A stretch of DNA of 64,000 bases from an uncultured Bacteroidales bacterium (lineage in GTDB: Bacteria > Bacteroidota > Bacteroidia > Bacteroidales > CAYFUP01). The translations under genes were made by a program, and so were the position numbers. The first letter of the stretch is position 1, and each line of letters starts with the position of its first letter. The notes below the pieces were generated by a model. The model was not told the DNA's origin. It saw nothing but the letters and a program-made list of their open reading frames with translations, and made no database searches. The stretch is taken from assembly GCA_964346235.1 (NCBI GenBank), contig CAYFUP010000001.1, forward strand, positions 5,136 through 69,135, read 5' to 3'. Of this stretch, positions 58,890 through 64,000 are shown in pieces.

Positions 58890-59417
58890 GTGAAACCAGA
58901 TTTTTATGAAGCATTATCTGCTGACAGTTCAAGGGTGCTGGCAGATATGCTCGTGAAAGCCATTGGAAATCAAACTGAATACTTTGAGGAAGTGTATCAA
59001 ATTGTCTTGAAGGATGAATTTCAGGTATCTAACCGGGCAGCCTGGGTATTATCGCTGACTGCAGAACAAAATCCCAAACTTGCTGTTCCCTATTTCAAAG
59101 ATATGGTCAACAGGGTAGATGGTTTTTCCATATCCGGAATTCGCAGAAGTTTATTAAAAGTGCTGTTACATGTTAAATGGCCTGAAGATGAAGATATATT
59201 GGGAGGTTTAACAGAAAAATGTTTTACGTTCCTGGAGAATGAAAATGAACCGGTAGCAATCAGAAGTTACGCCATGATGATCCTTTATCAGGTTTGCAAA
59301 ATTTATCCTGATTTAAAATATGAGTTGTCGGCATGCATCGAAAAAAATAAACCAACCGGTTCTGTTGGATTCAGGATGCAAGCCAAAAAAATATTGATGG
59401 AATTAAAAAAATTATAA
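58890..59417 (+). CDS. Hypothetical helical-repeat (HEAT/ARM-like) protein
   Basis: 175 aa with an apparent GTG start. It has an all-helical character with no diagnostic motif. Confidence 0.4.
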   Translation: MKPDFYEALSADSSRVLADMLVKAIGNQTEYFEEVYQIVLKDEFQVSNRAAWVLSLTAEQNPKLAVPYFKDMVNRVDGFSISGIRRSLLKVLLHVKWPEDEDILGGLTEKCFTFLENENEPVAIRSYAMMILYQVCKIYPDLKYELSACIEKNKPTGSVGFRMQAKKILMELKKL

Positions 59418-59432
59418 CGAAAAAGTTCTGTA

Positions 59433-61232
59433 ATGGAATCGAATCTAATAGGATTGACGAGTATTTTATTGCTCGGCATTGGCGCACAATGGATTGCCTG
59501 GAGGGTGAAATTTCCCTCTATCCTTTTCTTGCTGCTCTTTGGGTTCATTGCGGGACCGGTAACTGGTTTCCTGAATCCCTCTGAGTTGCTCGGCAATTTT
59601 CTCTACCCTTTTGTTTCGGTTTCCATAGCGGTCATATTGTTTGAAGGCGGACTCACCCTCAGGTTGAAAGAACTTAGAACCATTGGGAGAACAGTGCTTT
59701 CGCTGGTTACCATCGGAGTACTGGTCACCTGGGCCATCTCAACAGCAGCTGCTTATTATTTGCTAAACCTTAGTTTCCAGGTTTCCCTGCTGCTGGGTTC
59801 TATCCTTGTCGTAACCGGTCCCACCGTTATCGGGCCACTGCTAAGACATATCAAACCCGTGGGGAAGTCCGCCAATGTGCTAAAATGGGAAGGCATCGTC
59901 ATTGATCCCATCGGGGTTTTGCTTGCCGTGGTCGTTTTTGATGCCATATTAATCGGCAAACTCCAGGAAGCAGGAACAGTCGTCATGCTGGGAATCGCCA
60001 AAACACTTATATTTGGAAGCTTAATTGGAATCGGATTCGCCTGGTTGCTGCTGATGCTTATCAGAAAGTACTGGATACCAGACTACTTACAGGAAACAGT
60101 CACCCTGGCCACAGTGGTCGCTGCCTTCCTGATATCTGATTTAATTCAAAAAGAATCCGGACTGGTGGCCGCAACCCTTATGGGCATCATGCTTGACAAT
60201 CAAAAGCTTGTCGCAGTTAAACACATTGCAGAATTTAAAGAAAACCTTCGCATCCTAATCATTTCCAGTTTATTTATCATTTTGGCTGCTCAAATAGATA
60301 TCGAAAGCATAAAACAATTATCCTTTAACAGCATTACGTTTCTTTTCGTTTTGATTTTCCTGGCCAGGCCCCTTTCTGTATTTATTTCAACCTACCGGTC
60401 TGGGCTTAAACTCAATGAAAAAATATTTCTCTCATGGATGGCCCCGCGCGGCATCGTTGCAGCCGCCATATCCTCCATTTTTGCCCTGGAATTATCAAAA
60501 GCCGGCATGGTACAAACGGATTTACTGGTGCCCATTGTCTTTATCGTTATCGTTGGAACAGTTCTCATTTATGGCATCACCGCCATGCCCCTTGCCCGGC
60601 GGTTAAAGCTTTCGCAGACAGAACCGCAGGGCGTTTTATTTTTGGGGGCACATCCCTGGGCGGTCGAGATGGCCAGTCATCTTAAATCGAAAGGATTCCA
60701 TGTGGCCATGATTGATACCAACAGAAACAGTATCAACAAAGCCAAAATGCAAGGTTTGCCTGCTTACAACGGCAATGTGATGTCTAGCAATGTGATCGAC
60801 AACGTTGATCTCAGTGGCATAGGCAGAATGGTAGCGCTGACCTCCAATGATGAAGCCAATTCCCTCGGAGTGCTCCATCTCGAAGACCTGTTCAGCAGAG
60901 AGGAACTATATCAATTGCCAACGGTGAACGAACAAAAACCGGAGAATAAAGACAAAAGGCCTCAGCATCTGCATGGCCGGTTCCTTTTCGGCAAAAATTA
61001 TAACTTTTACCATATCAATAACCTATACCAGGAAGGGTATGTGATTAAAACAACAAGGCTGACAGATGAATTTGATTATCAAGCCTTTAAAGCTTATTAT
61101 GATAATTCATTGATTCCGATGTTTATCATAAAAGAGAATAAAAAGTTCATTCCTGTTACCATAGATTTTAAAATGGACCCTAATCCGGGAGATTACATCA
61201 TTGCCATGGTTTATGACAAGACTGATAAATAA
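59433..61232 (+). CDS. CPA1-family Na+/H+ (cation:proton) antiporter with C-terminal cytoplasmic regulatory domain
   Basis: 599 aa with ~12 TM segments, LFEGGL and PRGIVAAA motifs, then a ~190-aa soluble tail (GAHPWAVEMASHLKSKGFHVAMIDTN, Rossmann/TrkA-N-like). Confidence 0.85.
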   Translation: MESNLIGLTSILLLGIGAQWIAWRVKFPSILFLLLFGFIAGPVTGFLNPSELLGNFLYPFVSVSIAVILFEGGLTLRLKELRTIGRTVLSLVTIGVLVTWAISTAAAYYLLNLSFQVSLLLGSILVVTGPTVIGPLLRHIKPVGKSANVLKWEGIVIDPIGVLLAVVVFDAILIGKLQEAGTVVMLGIAKTLIFGSLIGIGFAWLLLMLIRKYWIPDYLQETVTLATVVAAFLISDLIQKESGLVAATLMGIMLDNQKLVAVKHIAEFKENLRILIISSLFIILAAQIDIESIKQLSFNSITFLFVLIFLARPLSVFISTYRSGLKLNEKIFLSWMAPRGIVAAAISSIFALELSKAGMVQTDLLVPIVFIVIVGTVLIYGITAMPLARRLKLSQTEPQGVLFLGAHPWAVEMASHLKSKGFHVAMIDTNRNSINKAKMQGLPAYNGNVMSSNVIDNVDLSGIGRMVALTSNDEANSLGVLHLEDLFSREELYQLPTVNEQKPENKDKRPQHLHGRFLFGKNYNFYHINNLYQEGYVIKTTRLTDEFDYQAFKAYYDNSLIPMFIIKENKKFIPVTIDFKMDPNPGDYIIAMVYDKTDK

Positions 61233-61334
61233 TGGCTTTTAGTCATATAAAAAAAGAAAAACAACTTTTCAAAAACCATCTATTGATTTTATTGTTACTT
61301 ACAATGTAAGTTTAACCAAAAAATCTTAAAAAAA

Positions 61335-61811
61335 ATGAAAAACAAGACATTAGTTTCGATATGTGCCCTTTTTTTAATGCTTTTTGCCCTGAGCAACAAA
61401 TCATTTGCTCATTGTGAAATTCCTTGTGGAATATATGGAGACTCTATGCGAATTGACATGATTGAGGAACATATCCGGACCATTGAAAAGTCAATGGACC
61501 AGATCATTGTACTTTCAGAAGAGGACGATGAAGATTATAACCAGATTGTTCGCTGGGTTGTGAATAAAGAAGAACATGCCAAAAAGATTCAGGATATTGT
61601 GAGCCAGTATTTCCTTCATCAAAGAATCAAACCGGTTGATCCTGGACAGGGTGAAATGTATGAAAAGTACATCAAACGTTTATCCTTGCTTCATGAATTG
61701 ATGATTTATGCCATGAATGCAAAGCAAACCACTGACATGCAATTCATTGAAAAAATGAGAAATACCCTCAGGGAGTTCGAAGACAGCTATTTCCACACCC
61801 ATGAACATTAA
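61335..61811 (+). CDS. sodN: Nickel-containing superoxide dismutase (NiSOD) with a 25-aa signal-peptide-like leader
   Basis: The nickel-hook motif HCEIPCGIYGD follows directly after MKNKTLVSICALFLMLFALSNKSFA. The four-helix-bundle-length body ends in HTHEH. Confidence 0.85.
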   Translation: MKNKTLVSICALFLMLFALSNKSFAHCEIPCGIYGDSMRIDMIEEHIRTIEKSMDQIIVLSEEDDEDYNQIVRWVVNKEEHAKKIQDIVSQYFLHQRIKPVDPGQGEMYEKYIKRLSLLHELMIYAMNAKQTTDMQFIEKMRNTLREFEDSYFHTHEH

Positions 61812-62136
61812 AACCAGGGGAGCCAAATCAAATAAGATTTAAAACATTCCATTTCTTTGCGAATTAGCACAGGCATGAATCAACTTAGTGCTTGTAGTAA
61901 GTTGTCTTTTATATCAAAATGGTTTTAAGAGAACCATCCGATTATCCTAAAGTGGCACCATGCTACATTCAACTCATTAAAAATAAGAAAAACACTACAT
62001 TTAATGTATGTGAGTGCAATGTAAACCTTTGCTGTAAGAAACAGAAATGATTTTCGTTAACTGACAACAAACTTTTGTCATCCATCCATATGCAGTTTTT
62101 TCATTGGCCAGAAACGATAATCGTCAAAGCTGCCAT

Positions 62137-62613
62137 CTAATAATCCAGCGTAATTATCCTGCCGTCAACGAAATTAAACATTTTCTTTTTGTCAGCCAGC
62201 TCCACCCCGTCAATCAGGTAAGCTTCATCGTATCCAGCGACTTTCAAACAGGTCGGACAAACCATTATCTCTACATTTTCATTGGAAATCAGCTCGTCCA
62301 GTTGTTCTTTCAGGGATGGAAAATGTCGATGGGTTACCTCCTTCGCACTGTTTATAACCAAATTTGGTGCTTCAATGTCAAGGTAAATCAATACCTTCTT
62401 ATCTTCTGCCATAATGGAAGCCATTTTGAGCGGCATTAGTACCTTGTGGGCATCATTTTCACCACCGCTGATGTGAATCAACACACCATCTTCTTTTTTT
62501 TCAGGTTGAAGTACTGCAGCATTTTCTCCTGGCTCTGAGGCTTTATTCTCAGGGTTTTGAAAAGCACTCGAAGCCAAAAACATTATTAATAATGCAAAAA
62601 CTAAATTTCTCAT
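62137..62613 (-). CDS. Secreted DsrE/DsrF-like family protein
   Basis: 158 aa with a signal peptide and the pattern VLIHISGG..D.HKV.M.L.MA......V.IYLD...P.LV.....EIMVCP.C. The family call is tentative. Confidence 0.45.
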   Translation of the reverse strand: MRNLVFALLIMFLASSAFQNPENKASEPGENAAVLQPEKKEDGVLIHISGGENDAHKVLMPLKMASIMAEDKKVLIYLDIEAPNLVINSAKEVTHRHFPSLKEQLDELISNENVEIMVCPTCLKVAGYDEAYLIDGVELADKKKMFNFVDGRIITLDY

Positions 62614-63025
62614 AATTTAAAGGTGTTTATTGGTTATTGATAAAATATTAAAAATAATGAATTTTATCCAGGTATCCACATAAAAATATATTTAACTCAA
62701 AAAAATTTAATACTGCAACCCAATCTGGATTTTTATAATGTAAGGAGAAACCATACCGGCCGGTTTGGGTGAAAAAATATGAACATAAATAGTTGTATAT
62801 TAATAATTACCTCTGATAACTTGCGGATTTAAGGTATAAAAAATCATTTAAAGAATTTTTAACAGATGATCTTTTCAAAGAACATTTAATTATTTTACTT
62901 TTAAACCCTGAAAGAATTAAAAACATATTTCCATGAATGTTATCAGCCAGGGTAAACCAAAGCATATATGTTCATAAGGCATGCATGGTATTGAAATACA
63001 TTCGTTAACCATAAAATTTATTCCA

Positions 63026-63901
63026 ATGAAGAAAGTTGTATTGCTCTCATTTATTTTCCTTGCAGGTGTTCTCCTTTATGCAAAAGAGGATGATATCACG
63101 GAGGAACAGTTTAACAAATTTTTGAGAACCAAAACATTGGTTGTATTGGAAGATAATCCCATGTCAGGTTTTAATTTTATGATAAAGGAATTGGTGAAGA
63201 AACAATGGGAAATTACTGAATATGATTTTATTACATTCTCAGAATTTAAAGAAGTCTTTACCAATCCTGACTATTCTTTTTTATTGCTCTCGCAATATAA
63301 GTTTAAGAATGACAGGACAAAGCCTCAATATAACTTCCTGAGCGTTTGGCTTGGAAAAGAGGATGTTATTCTTTACAAAAATTTGCCTGAAGTGATTGGT
63401 GTACCCATTTCCTATAAAACAGTGGATGAGGATACTTATTTATACAAACTTGGAATTTTAATACGTTTCATTCAAAATCATGTCAGGTGGTTACAAGATA
63501 ATCCTAAACTCATCGATAAAAACAATGTATTGAAACATTACAATGAGAATGTCGGGGACGTAAAAACCAAAACCCTGTATATAACCAAAAATGATTTGTC
63601 CCCGGAAGTCAATACCCTCGAAAAAATCCACCACTATTATCCGCATGAGGTAAAAATTGTCAGTCGCGAAGAAATAAAGAAAGCCATCGATGAAAAAAGG
63701 GAAGATGTGGTGTTTCTGCATAAAATTGGCCCTGAAGGCACCAGGCTTTCTGCAAGATGTTATAAAGTGCTTGTCGGGGCTGCCGATGCGAAGTTTTATT
63801 ATTTTGATTATCACATGATTGATAATGATAAACCGGATTCTTTTTTGCCAAAGGATTTCAAGCGTATATCAAGAAACGGATTTTTCAGGTTCTTGTGGTA
63901 G
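63026..63901 (+). CDS. Secreted hypothetical protein
   Basis: The ORF track starts at 62981. The ATG at 63026 gives MKKVVLLSFIFLAGVLLYA, a signal peptide. I recognise no motif. Confidence 0.5.
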   Translation: MKKVVLLSFIFLAGVLLYAKEDDITEEQFNKFLRTKTLVVLEDNPMSGFNFMIKELVKKQWEITEYDFITFSEFKEVFTNPDYSFLLLSQYKFKNDRTKPQYNFLSVWLGKEDVILYKNLPEVIGVPISYKTVDEDTYLYKLGILIRFIQNHVRWLQDNPKLIDKNNVLKHYNENVGDVKTKTLYITKNDLSPEVNTLEKIHHYYPHEVKIVSREEIKKAIDEKREDVVFLHKIGPEGTRLSARCYKVLVGAADAKFYYFDYHMIDNDKPDSFLPKDFKRISRNGFFRFLW

Positions 63902-64000
63902 CGTGATGTGCGCAGGCCTTAATAAAAGACGTATCGAACCTTTTGGATTGTGGGGGCATATGTCATGATTAAGTTATGGAATGTCAGTAGTATGTCTTGT

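Overview
The window reads as a contiguous chromosomal segment of a Bacteroidota (Bacteroidia-like) genome. Supporting marks are a T9SS type-A C-terminal sorting domain, a complete MoxR/DUF58/BatA-E aerotolerance operon, a Bacteroidota-style V-type ATPase operon containing DUF2764, and TAnnTTTG -7 promoter boxes. It is densely coding and mostly core metabolism and envelope functions: rlmH, nadC, pdxH, acylphosphatase, an LptD-like protein, an amidase, MlaD, a TonB-dependent receptor, an M13 peptidase, PepD and a Na+/H+ antiporter. I saw no transposase, integrase, phage gene, CRISPR array or recognisable defence system. The features I cannot explain by standard annotation are listed here. (1) There are at least three families of long imperfect-palindrome intergenic repeats: R1 (about 125 bp, two full copies plus fragments), R2 (about 115-145 bp, two copies, one carrying an inserted hairpin) and a 162-bp palindrome. 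(2) Charged, His/Asp/Glu/Gln/Lys-rich repeat insertions recur inside otherwise conserved proteins: a histidine-kinase ATPase domain, a Bat-operon membrane protein, the LptD-like N-terminus and an M13 peptidase. (3) A three-gene secreted-protein locus holds a T9SS cargo with eight exactly periodic 75-residue modules plus two tandem beta-helix paralogues. (4) A nickel superoxide dismutase carries what looks like a Sec-type signal peptide instead of the usual short pro-peptide. (5) A cold-adaptation gene cluster encloses a zinc-ribbon/membrane-LytTR pair. (6) A hybrid kinase/response regulator has a degenerate ATP-binding domain. All functional calls come from reading motifs in the supplied translations; no database search was run.
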